Part shown: positions 14,082 through 21,620 of the stretch, in pieces
Numbering within the stretch: the stretch's first letter is position 1
Layout: every line of letters starts with the position of its first letter
DNA from: an uncultured Candidatus Saccharibacteria bacterium
GTDB taxonomy: Bacteria; Patescibacteriota; UBA1384; DTJR01
Direction: 5' to 3'
Assembly: GCA_964487045.1 (NCBI GenBank)
Contig: CAZAOT010000003.1
Coordinates: forward strand, 72,983 to 136,982
Length of the DNA: 64,000 bases
Made by a program: the position numbers and the translations under genes
The notes under the pieces: model-generated
Databases searched by the model: none
The model's input: only the letters and a program-made list of their open reading frames with translations
What the model was told of the DNA's origin: nothing

Positions 14082-15902
14082 ATGGATATGAATAAAATTA
14101 GAAATGTAGCTATCATAGCTCATGTAGACCACGGAAAGACCACGCTTGTCGATGGTCTATTAAAGCAGTCCCATACTTTTCGTGACAACCAAGCCGAGAT
14201 GAATCAGACGCTCATTATGGACTCAAACGATCAGGAGAGAGAGCGCGGAATTACAATTTTGGCTAAAAATACCGCAGTAAATTACAAAGATACTAAAATT
14301 AATATTATTGATACTCCTGGCCACGCCGATTTCGGTGGGGAGGTGGAGCGAACGCTCAATATGGCAGATGGCGCGATCCTTGTAGTTGATGCTCAAGAAG
14401 GACCAATGCCTCAAACAAAGTTTGTTTTGAAAAAAGCGCTTGATTTAGGGCTAAAGATTATTGTAGTAATAAACAAAATTGATAAGAAAAATGCGCAAGT
14501 TGAAAGTGTTATAGAAAGAACTTCAGATCTATTTCTTGATTTAGCTTCTGATGAGTCACAGCTCGAATTTCCAATTTTGTTTTCAATTGCCAAGCAAGGT
14601 AAGGCTTGGAGCGAAATGCCACAGAATTTTGAAGAAGACGGTGATCTTTCGAAAATTTTTGAAGCAATTTTGCAGTATATTCCTGCGCCAAAAGTCGAAG
14701 AGGGTCCATTTCAGATGCTTGTATCGGCCTTGGATTGGGATAGCTATCAGGGAAAATACGCAATCGGAAAAATTTCAAGAGGAAAAGCGATGGCTGGTCT
14801 TCAGGTGAGTTTGGTAAATGAAGATGGCGTAAAAGAAAATACTCGAATTGATAAGATTTTTGTTAGCAGCGGTTTGGTCAAACAAGAAGTTAAGGAAGCC
14901 GTGTGTGGCGACATTGTTTCAATTACCGGAATTAAGAACGCTGGAATTGGCGAAACAATCGCTGATCAGACGAGTCCCGAGGCTCTGCCGGGCATAAGTA
15001 TAGAAGAGCCGACCCTTTCGATGGCAATTTCAGCCAATACTTCGCCATTTGCTGGCAAGGAAGGTAAGTTTGTTACTGGCCGACAAATTTTAGACAGAAT
15101 TAAAAAAGAACTAGAGACAAACGTTTCGCTAAAATTTAAACAGGGCGAGGAAGGCGAATATATTCTCTCTGGCCGAGGCGAACTTCACTTGTCCGTCTTT
15201 ATTGAAACTCTTCGTAGAGAAGGTTTTGAGCTTCAAGTTGGTAAGCCACAGGTTATTATCAAAGAGATTGATGGCATTAAGAGCGAACCACTTGAAGAAT
15301 TAACGGTTGATGTCGAAGATCAGTATGTAAATAACGTGATCGCCGAGGTTATAAGACGAAAAGGTGTTTTGCATCATCAGAACCCACTTCTTGATGGCAC
15401 GACCAGGCTTATTTTTGAAATTACAACGCGTGGAATGCTCGGTCTTAGAAGCCAACTAATGACTCTTTCGCGCGGAACAGCTGTCGCTAACTCGATATTT
15501 TTAAGATTTGAAAAAGTTATGAGCGAAATTCCAAGACTTCGAAACGGAGTTTTGATCGCTTCTGAAGATGGCAAGGCTGTAACTTATGGGCTTGATATAG
15601 CTCAGGGCCGAGGAATCACATTTATCGAGCCACAACAGCAAGTCTATAAAGGTATGATTATCGGGCTTAATTCAAAAGAGTCTGATATCGAAATCAATGT
15701 AGCCAAAGAGAAGCATTTGACCAATATTCGAGCTGCTTCTTCTGATATGACCACGGTTTTGACCCCAGCAACAATTTTGTCACTTGAACAATGTATTGAC
15801 TTTTTGGAAGATGACGAGCTTCTTGAGGTTACTCCAACGTCACTTCGACTTCGAAAGAAGATACTCGATCCAACGCAGCGAAATAGAGCTAGAATTCGCT
15901 AA
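14082..15902 (+). CDS. typA: translational GTPase TypA/BipA
   Basis: G1 motif AHVDHGKTT, then DTPGHADF and NKID. Length and C-terminal domains are typical of BipA. The start could also be the ATG at 14088. Confidence 0.95.
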   Translation: MDMNKIRNVAIIAHVDHGKTTLVDGLLKQSHTFRDNQAEMNQTLIMDSNDQERERGITILAKNTAVNYKDTKINIIDTPGHADFGGEVERTLNMADGAILVVDAQEGPMPQTKFVLKKALDLGLKIIVVINKIDKKNAQVESVIERTSDLFLDLASDESQLEFPILFSIAKQGKAWSEMPQNFEEDGDLSKIFEAILQYIPAPKVEEGPFQMLVSALDWDSYQGKYAIGKISRGKAMAGLQVSLVNEDGVKENTRIDKIFVSSGLVKQEVKEAVCGDIVSITGIKNAGIGETIADQTSPEALPGISIEEPTLSMAISANTSPFAGKEGKFVTGRQILDRIKKELETNVSLKFKQGEEGEYILSGRGELHLSVFIETLRREGFELQVGKPQVIIKEIDGIKSEPLEELTVDVEDQYVNNVIAEVIRRKGVLHHQNPLLDGTTRLIFEITTRGMLGLRSQLMTLSRGTAVANSIFLRFEKVMSEIPRLRNGVLIASEDGKAVTYGLDIAQGRGITFIEPQQQVYKGMIIGLNSKESDIEINVAKEKHLTNIRAASSDMTTVLTPATILSLEQCIDFLEDDELLEVTPTSLRLRKKILDPTQRNRARIR

Positions 15903-15917
15903 AACGCACTATCTCGA

Positions 15918-15946
15918 TTGACCTTTTTTGAAAAAATAGGTATAAT
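15918..15946 (+). promoter_or_regulatory. promoter TTGACC-17-TATAAT for cassette 6 operon
   Basis: TTGACC at 15918-15923 and TATAAT at 15941-15946. Confidence 0.65.
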
Positions 15947-15988
15947 TTTCTATTGCTCTTTAACAAACAGGGAAAACGAAAGGAAGAC

Positions 15989-16219
15989 ATGCCGACGTCA
16001 ATCGAGACTAAGGCGAGGAATATCGATAGACACTTGCCGGAGATGATGTGCTTGGCGCACTCGTCCGGCTTGCCTTCGATCATCCTTCCGTTTGGCACTT
16101 TTGACCAGCCAACTCAGGAGAAGCTGCGTGACCTAGTGGCCGAGTACGCCAAAGGCAAGGGCCACAAGACGCGCAAGTTCTTGCATCAGACGCGCCTCTA
16201 TCTCGAGGTGAGTATCTAA
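15989..16219 (+). CDS. hypothetical protein (76 aa), GC-rich cassette 6 gene 1
   Basis: ATG at 15989 after AAAGGAAG. GC-rich. No family recognised. Confidence 0.55.
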   Translation: MPTSIETKARNIDRHLPEMMCLAHSSGLPSIILPFGTFDQPTQEKLRDLVAEYAKGKGHKTRKFLHQTRLYLEVSI

Positions 16220-16226
16220 GGAGGGC

Positions 16227-16448
16227 ATGATGCCCAGGATAACCAGAACTGATTCGGCCGGCAATGCTTTGGAGATCGACGGCGCCAAGGTCGTCGCCGG
16301 GCCTTACGGCTCTCGGGCTGAGGTTGTTGTTGCGCACGCAGAGGTTGGGATGGAGTTGGCTTGTCGTTCGGGACGAATTTCAAGCGGGGTCTTTATTGAG
16401 CTCAATGGAAAGCACTATGCTGTCGAGGTCGCGACACAATTGATGTAA
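16227..16448 (+). CDS. hypothetical protein (73 aa), cassette 6 gene 2
   Basis: AAGGAGGG lies 2 nt before the ATG. There is a 7-nt gap to gene 1. Confidence 0.55.
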   Translation: MMPRITRTDSAGNALEIDGAKVVAGPYGSRAEVVVAHAEVGMELACRSGRISSGVFIELNGKHYAVEVATQLM

Positions 16449-16473
16449 GTTGGCCAAAATAGGGAGGCAGATT

Positions 16474-17739
16474 GTGGACAAAGAAGCGATCCAAGGCGCC
16501 CGCAGGGCGCTTCTGCTCAAGAAGCTTGAAGTAGCATCAACGACCAAGGAATGCACCCTTGCGTTCCAGGGTCTCAAGCTCTACAGAGATGACCTTTCGA
16601 TTGTCGCCACTCGTAAGAGAGCGATTGAGCTCGCAGCTTCGGCAGGCGACATGGATGAGGTTCGTCGCTTTCCGTATGATGTGGGTATCTTCTCTCTGGG
16701 AGATCAGGCTTCCGAGTTCTTTCGTAAGGCCATGCTGCTTTGCAGGCCTGAAGAAGTATACGACTTCACAGGCAACTTCGGCTATTACGCCGATGAAGTT
16801 GTTAGCTTCCTTGTCGAGGGGCTTACCGATCCGCTCAAGCTGACTCGACTAGCGATGCGACTCGGAGCGGAGGGTCTGCTTGAGCGCGGACAGGAAGTGA
16901 TCGCTCGGGCTGCTGAACTGGCTGCAAGCTGGGAAGTGTGCGGTTATGTCGGGACGATACACTATGCGCCGCTTCCGACAGGGTTTCTGACCATGGCCGT
17001 CCTTCTCGCTGAGGGGCAGAAGGGTTACGATGCTCCTCTCGAAGTTTGTGGGTGGATGAAGGCTTCGCTCAACGACCCGCTCGAATTCAGACAAGCAGCG
17101 GCTGTTGCCGAGCTGCTTGATGCGCCAAACAAGCGTATCAGGCGGGTAGCCGGAGAGCGGATCAGGCAGGCTTACCAGGAGAAACTGAGCGGCCAAGATG
17201 GCGACTTCTATATCCAAAGCGCCTGGAACGTCGTTTGCGATGCCCGCGATGCGCTTCCGGAACTGGCTGCAGAGCTGACCGCTGATCTCGTGGTGCGTCT
17301 GACAGATGCGGTACCAGCCTGTCAGGACTTTTCGGAGGCAAAGTCGCATCTTGAAGTCGCTTCCGCAATGGAGGACTTCGGGATCGATGGAGTCTACTGG
17401 CCGGCAGCCATGCGTGCGATGGAGCTGGCAGAGGGCTGTGATGATATCCTGGCGTTGGTGCGCCTTGGCATTCATGTCCAGGAGCTCACCGAGGCTGTCC
17501 TGGTAATGGCTGCAACCGAAGATGATATCATTGCAGTCATACAGCGCAACCCGAACTTCTCTGGTGAGTGGACGTTGCCTCTTTGCGAGCGGATCTTCGA
17601 CTATCGGCGCCAGAGGGCGCAGACGATCGAGGACTTCATGATTCTGCATCACCTGACCAAGGACCCGGTCAAACTGGCCGAGGTCGAGGATCGCATCCAG
17701 GAGCTCATCGCTCCATACCATACCGAGCCTGAGGAGTAA
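16474..17739 (+). CDS. hypothetical all-alpha protein (about 421 aa), cassette 6 gene 3
   Basis: GTG at 16474 lies 6 nt after GGGAGG and is in frame with the track start at 16450. The sequence is acidic and Leu/Ala-rich. A terminator follows. Confidence 0.65.
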   Translation: MDKEAIQGARRALLLKKLEVASTTKECTLAFQGLKLYRDDLSIVATRKRAIELAASAGDMDEVRRFPYDVGIFSLGDQASEFFRKAMLLCRPEEVYDFTGNFGYYADEVVSFLVEGLTDPLKLTRLAMRLGAEGLLERGQEVIARAAELAASWEVCGYVGTIHYAPLPTGFLTMAVLLAEGQKGYDAPLEVCGWMKASLNDPLEFRQAAAVAELLDAPNKRIRRVAGERIRQAYQEKLSGQDGDFYIQSAWNVVCDARDALPELAAELTADLVVRLTDAVPACQDFSEAKSHLEVASAMEDFGIDGVYWPAAMRAMELAEGCDDILALVRLGIHVQELTEAVLVMAATEDDIIAVIQRNPNFSGEWTLPLCERIFDYRRQRAQTIEDFMILHHLTKDPVKLAEVEDRIQELIAPYHTEPEE

Positions 17740-17763
17740 CTTCCCCTGGTTCATGGCTCTACA

Positions 17764-17800
17764 ACGGCTCCCGGCCTAGTGCTTGGGAGCCGTTTTCTTT
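17764..17800 (+). terminator. intrinsic terminator of cassette 6
   Basis: ACGGCTCCC/GGGAGCCGT stem followed by TTTTCTTT. Confidence 0.85.
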
Positions 17801-17852
17801 ACCCTATTACCTTGACAAATGATTCTGATCAGCTAGAATCATACTCGTCTAT

Positions 17853-18962
17853 ATGGATAATATTCTCGAGCCTCCCAGTACGCATAGGCGAGGCCTAAAA
17901 ATAAATAGAATACGACAAAGCGCTCCAAGCGCTTTTGCCGGTTTTGGATTAAAAATCCTCAATAATTTGGAAAACTTGCGTCTATCGATCAGGAAACTGA
18001 TCTTTTTTATTAGGGGTCATATTATTTCGTTTAAAGAATTTGCTAAATTGCACGGTGTTAACCGCTCGCTTGCTTATAAATTTGCGATTGTAGCGGCCAT
18101 TGCACTTCTTCCAGTTCTCTCTAAAGTCACAGCTGAAGATCAGGCTTATGAAGATGTAATTCACTATAGTCAGACAATTGACCCGGTTGAGTCTGCTCGA
18201 TTCGCAGTTTATTTTTCCGGCTATACTCCTGGGCTTTATATTGATGCCGACCAAGTTGCCCTAAATGCAGTTACTAATAACGAGTCATATACTCTGGAGC
18301 AGCAGTTAGCGGTGAATCAAGGTAAGGATTACGCGGTTGAGGGTCGTCAGGAACCGACATATGTTCTAAAATCAGGCGAAACGATTGCTGACGTTGCTTC
18401 TAAGTTTGACTTACATGTCGGAACTCTAGTTGATGCCAACGGACTTGATCCGGTGAATTTGAAGAATGTGAGACCAGGTACAACCTTGATGATTCCTTCA
18501 TCGGATACCAATACTTCAAATGACTGGCTGATTGCAATCAACAAAGATGAAGCTGAGAAGAAGCAAAAAGCGGCTGAGGAAGCAGCCAAAAAGAAAGCGG
18601 AACAGGCCAAGAAGGTAGCTTCAGCGAGCAACAATGTAACAGCTACTGGAACGGTTGCCGGAGCAACGACAAGAAGGCAGGTCAGTTCTGAAGTGACCGT
18701 TATCGGAACTTCTTATTCACAGTGTGTTCCTTGGGCGAGAGAAAATTCCGGAATTGCAATTCAAGGATATGCGGGCAATATTTCTGCTACTCAATCAGAG
18801 CCGAGGGTTGGGGGAGTAGCTCTTGATCGATTTTATGGCCATGCCTCGGTGGTAGTAGAGGTTGGCTCTGATTATATAGTTGTACATGAAGCCAACTGGA
18901 TCCATGGCAAGATTACCAAAAGAAAAGTTTCTAAAGATGCTATCCGCGGATACGTGTATTAG
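17853..18962 (+). CDS. LysM + CHAP-domain peptidoglycan hydrolase, membrane anchored
   Basis: LysM segment YVLKSGETIADVASKFDLHVGTLVDANG...LMIP. C-terminal CHAP-like segment QCVPWARE...GHASVV...HEANW. TTGACA-16-TAGAAT lies upstream at 17811-17838. Confidence 0.75.
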   Translation: MDNILEPPSTHRRGLKINRIRQSAPSAFAGFGLKILNNLENLRLSIRKLIFFIRGHIISFKEFAKLHGVNRSLAYKFAIVAAIALLPVLSKVTAEDQAYEDVIHYSQTIDPVESARFAVYFSGYTPGLYIDADQVALNAVTNNESYTLEQQLAVNQGKDYAVEGRQEPTYVLKSGETIADVASKFDLHVGTLVDANGLDPVNLKNVRPGTTLMIPSSDTNTSNDWLIAINKDEAEKKQKAAEEAAKKKAEQAKKVASASNNVTATGTVAGATTRRQVSSEVTVIGTSYSQCVPWARENSGIAIQGYAGNISATQSEPRVGGVALDRFYGHASVVVEVGSDYIVVHEANWIHGKITKRKVSKDAIRGYVY

Positions 18963-19009
18963 TAAGTTTTCAGTAAAAATTAAGAAATTACCTGGTATAA
19001 TCAAGCTCG

Positions 19010-20209
19010 ATGAAAAAAATTGCTTTAAGTTTACTTGCGATATTTGTATTATTTTCTTTTGTTGCAATTAAGCCAGTTCTAGCCGAGGATAGCCAAAATA
19101 CGATAAAGATCTATGAATTTTGGAGTAAATATTGTCCTCACTGCAAGGCCGAAAATGAATTTTTAACTAAGATTTCTAAGGAGAGAGGGGACTTTGAAGT
19201 AATTTCTTATGAAGTTACCTCAGATCAAGGTAGCGCAGCTTTATTTAAAAAATTCTCCGATGCGTGTGGTAACAAGGGCTATGGTGTCCCAGCGCTCTAT
19301 ATTGGAGATCGATCGGTAATAGGATTTGAGAGTGCCGAAACAACGGGTAAGGAGATCGTTACGGTGCTTGATTCATTTAAAGGCAAAGATTATCCAGATC
19401 CACTGAAAATTGTCGAGAGTGGGGGAGGCTTCAAGTCGGGGAGTGAGCTCTGCAGCAAAGAATCTATTGAGACAAAAAGAAAAATTCCGCTACTTGGCGA
19501 GGTGGATTTAGCTAAATTTTCTGCACCGGCTTTAGCGGTGGTTCTTGGAACGGTCGATGGATTTAACCCATGCGCAATGTGGGCGCTAGTGGCTCTGCTT
19601 ACTCTGCTCGTCTCGCTTGGTAGCCGAAAAAGGTTATTACTGGTCGGAGGTACTTTCCTAATCACCTCTTGGCTGATCACCTTCTTCTTCTTGTCGGCCT
19701 TTATGAATGCATTTACATTTGTAAAATTTGATTTAGCGATGAGGATTGTGATTGGGGTTGTAGCGATCTATACCTCATATCAATTATTTAAAAGTTATCA
19801 GAAAGAAACCGAAGAGTGTAAAGTTAATTCAGGCAAGGGAAGAATTTATAAACAGATAGAAAAGCTCTCTAGCTCCAAGGTGATCCCCTTCTTGATCTTT
19901 GGTGCGATCGCTCTTGCGCTGATGGTCAATGTCGTAGAATTTATGTGCTCGATCAATCTTCCGGTTGTTTTCACTAAAGTTCTCTCAATGGTGAATGTTA
20001 GTCCTCTGGGACGATATCTGTATATCGCTCTGTACGACGTTTTTTATATGCTCGACGATATCATCGTATTCTTGATCGCTCTTTTCTCGATGAAGGCTTT
20101 TACTGGATTTAATCAAAAATACACCCGTTTTACGAAATTAGTGGGTGCTATCGTGATGTTTATTTTGGCTGTGATGTTACTGTTCTTTCCGAGGCTATTG
20201 GCGTTTTAG
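19010..20209 (+). CDS. thioredoxin-fold (CPHC) domain fused to DsbD/CcdA-like membrane domain
   Basis: Signal peptide, then WSKYCPHCKAE, then six hydrophobic helices including FNPCAMW. Confidence 0.6.
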   Translation: MKKIALSLLAIFVLFSFVAIKPVLAEDSQNTIKIYEFWSKYCPHCKAENEFLTKISKERGDFEVISYEVTSDQGSAALFKKFSDACGNKGYGVPALYIGDRSVIGFESAETTGKEIVTVLDSFKGKDYPDPLKIVESGGGFKSGSELCSKESIETKRKIPLLGEVDLAKFSAPALAVVLGTVDGFNPCAMWALVALLTLLVSLGSRKRLLLVGGTFLITSWLITFFFLSAFMNAFTFVKFDLAMRIVIGVVAIYTSYQLFKSYQKETEECKVNSGKGRIYKQIEKLSSSKVIPFLIFGAIALALMVNVVEFMCSINLPVVFTKVLSMVNVSPLGRYLYIALYDVFYMLDDIIVFLIALFSMKAFTGFNQKYTRFTKLVGAIVMFILAVMLLFFPRLLAF

Positions 20210-20336
20210 TACTATCTTAAAAATTTTTATTTATTATTTTCAATTTTTAATTGATTGGCCCATTTAGCTATTGAAATATTTAAAATAAGTCAATAACTCA
20301 ATCAATAACAAATATAAAATATTAAATCTTAAATAA

Positions 20337-20368
20337 AGAGAAGCGCATGATGTGCTTCTCTTCTTCCC
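20337..20368 (+). terminator. GC-rich hairpin upstream of cassette 7
   Basis: AGAGAAGCGCA/TGTGCTTCTCT stem followed by TCTTCCC. It lies 130 nt after the previous stop. Confidence 0.5.
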
Positions 20369-20389
20369 GAAGTTGTTATCGTTCTAACA

Positions 20390-20418
20390 TTGACTTGTCT
20401 GCTGATTTTGTCTAATAT
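20390..20418 (+). promoter_or_regulatory. promoter TTGACT-17-TAATAT for cassette 7
   Basis: TTGACT at 20390-20395 and TAATAT at 20413-20418. Confidence 0.6.
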
Positions 20419-20476
20419 CTGCTTATCGGAGGCTTTGATCCTTCGGTATTTCTTCAAATCGGCAGGAGGGAGCGTC

Positions 20477-20851
20477 ATGCCGAGGGATTCGATTCTCTAC
20501 GAAAAAGCCAGGGCGAGGTGGGAGTATGCTTCACATCTTCCATCTCGCAGTACAGTCAGGCAGTATTCGCTCAAGTGTTTCGCATTAGTATACCCGGTCG
20601 AAGTTTTGCGGGAATACTGGCGTGTAGACGCGTTGTCGCGCCAGAGTCTAATGGTATCGTCTCACAGCTTTGCCCCTTCTCCCGCTGAACTTGCAGCCAT
20701 GGCAGAAGGGCGTGACCGTAATGAACGGCGCGCAAATCAAGCCAGGGCGAGACTCGAAAGGATGGCGACGGAGCACGGGGTGGACCTAGATGCGATGGCT
20801 GATGATATCGCATTCGTTTGGCACAACTGGAGTCTGCTTGAGCTCGAGTAG
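20477..20851 (+). CDS. hypothetical protein (124 aa), GC-rich cassette 7
   Basis: ATG at 20477 lies 6 nt after GGAGGGAG. The C-terminal half is Arg/Ala-rich. Confidence 0.55.
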   Translation: MPRDSILYEKARARWEYASHLPSRSTVRQYSLKCFALVYPVEVLREYWRVDALSRQSLMVSSHSFAPSPAELAAMAEGRDRNERRANQARARLERMATEHGVDLDAMADDIAFVWHNWSLLELE

Positions 20852-20870
20852 CTCAAACCAGTTGCGTCTC

Positions 20871-20902
20871 AAGGCGAGCGCTATGCGTTCGCCTTCATTT
20901 TT
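20871..20902 (+). terminator. intrinsic terminator of cassette 7
   Basis: AAGGCGAGCG/GCGTTCGCCTT stem followed by CATTTTT. Confidence 0.7.
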
Positions 20903-20918
20903 AGTAGATGATAAAAAG

Positions 20919-21434
20919 TTATATTCTTCTTCTGGAGCTTAGAATAACAATTACGATAATCGGTGCGAGGAGCCAAAGGGTATAATAATCTTTTAGGAAA
21001 TGAACGAAGTGAGTTTGGGAGATAATTTGTGCTTGTGAGGCATCTGGCATGTATTTAAAGATTGTGGCAGAGATTAAAATGCCAGTAATGACTGAATAGA
21101 AGAAGGTCTCGAGCGGTGCCATTAAGGAGTGATCTCTTCCTACTGAGATATCAGCTTTAGAGGCTACCAAGGATACTACGAGCAGAAATAATACTATTTT
21201 GATTGTTGCTGGCGATGCGTCAGAAGTGATCCAGGTATTAGCAACGGTGAGCTTGCCTTCAAAAAACTGCTTGATCGGGTCCGCCCATACCGAAACGATC
21301 ACCATTCCCATATAACAGGCTAGAAGAGCGGACATAATCTTGTCCCGCTGCATCATAAAACCATATAAAACGGTGATAGCAACAAATATACCTAAAAACA
21401 AATCCCAAGTTGGTACGGTTGACGCTACTTGAAT
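20919..21434 (-). CDS. small polytopic membrane protein; start uncertain (ATT 21434 after GGAGCGGAGG, or TTG 21476 as in track)
   Basis: Five hydrophobic helices. There is no ATG/GTG/TTG at SD distance. An in-frame ATT lies 5 nt after GGAGG. Confidence 0.6.
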   Translation of the reverse strand: MQVASTVPTWDLFLGIFVAITVLYGFMMQRDKIMSALLACYMGMVIVSVWADPIKQFFEGKLTVANTWITSDASPATIKIVLFLLVVSLVASKADISVGRDHSLMAPLETFFYSVITGILISATIFKYMPDASQAQIISQTHFVHFLKDYYTLWLLAPIIVIVILSSRRRI

Positions 21435-21590
21435 ATTCCCCTCCGCTCCGTGAATTGCGCTCTTCGTCGGAAGCAATTCCGGAAGCCCCGCATCAATTCA
21501 CGAAGCGAAACACGAATGAATAATTCGAGTGGAGCATTCGAGAATTCGGTGCTGGGGCATTTCATTATTTTCCCTAACAAAAACATTATA
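21435..21590 (-). promoter_or_regulatory. long structured 5' leader (L2) with SD-sequestering stem; riboswitch/attenuator candidate
   Basis: Extended -10 TGGTATAAT near 21592-21584. GCCCC...GGGGC closing stem and CGAATG/CATTCG hairpin. CGCTTCGTGAATTG pairs with CAATTCACGGAGCG, which overlaps the SD. Confidence 0.5.
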
Positions 21591-21620
21591 CCAAATTCTT
21601 ATATAACTTTTACAATAGTG

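Noticed and set aside
16849-17754. 301-aa minus-strand ORF antisense to the 421-aa cassette-6 gene
   Set aside because: This is the typical long antisense frame of GC-rich coding DNA. Its composition is Cys/His/Arg-rich and it has no SD. The plus-strand gene has an SD, operon context and a downstream terminator.
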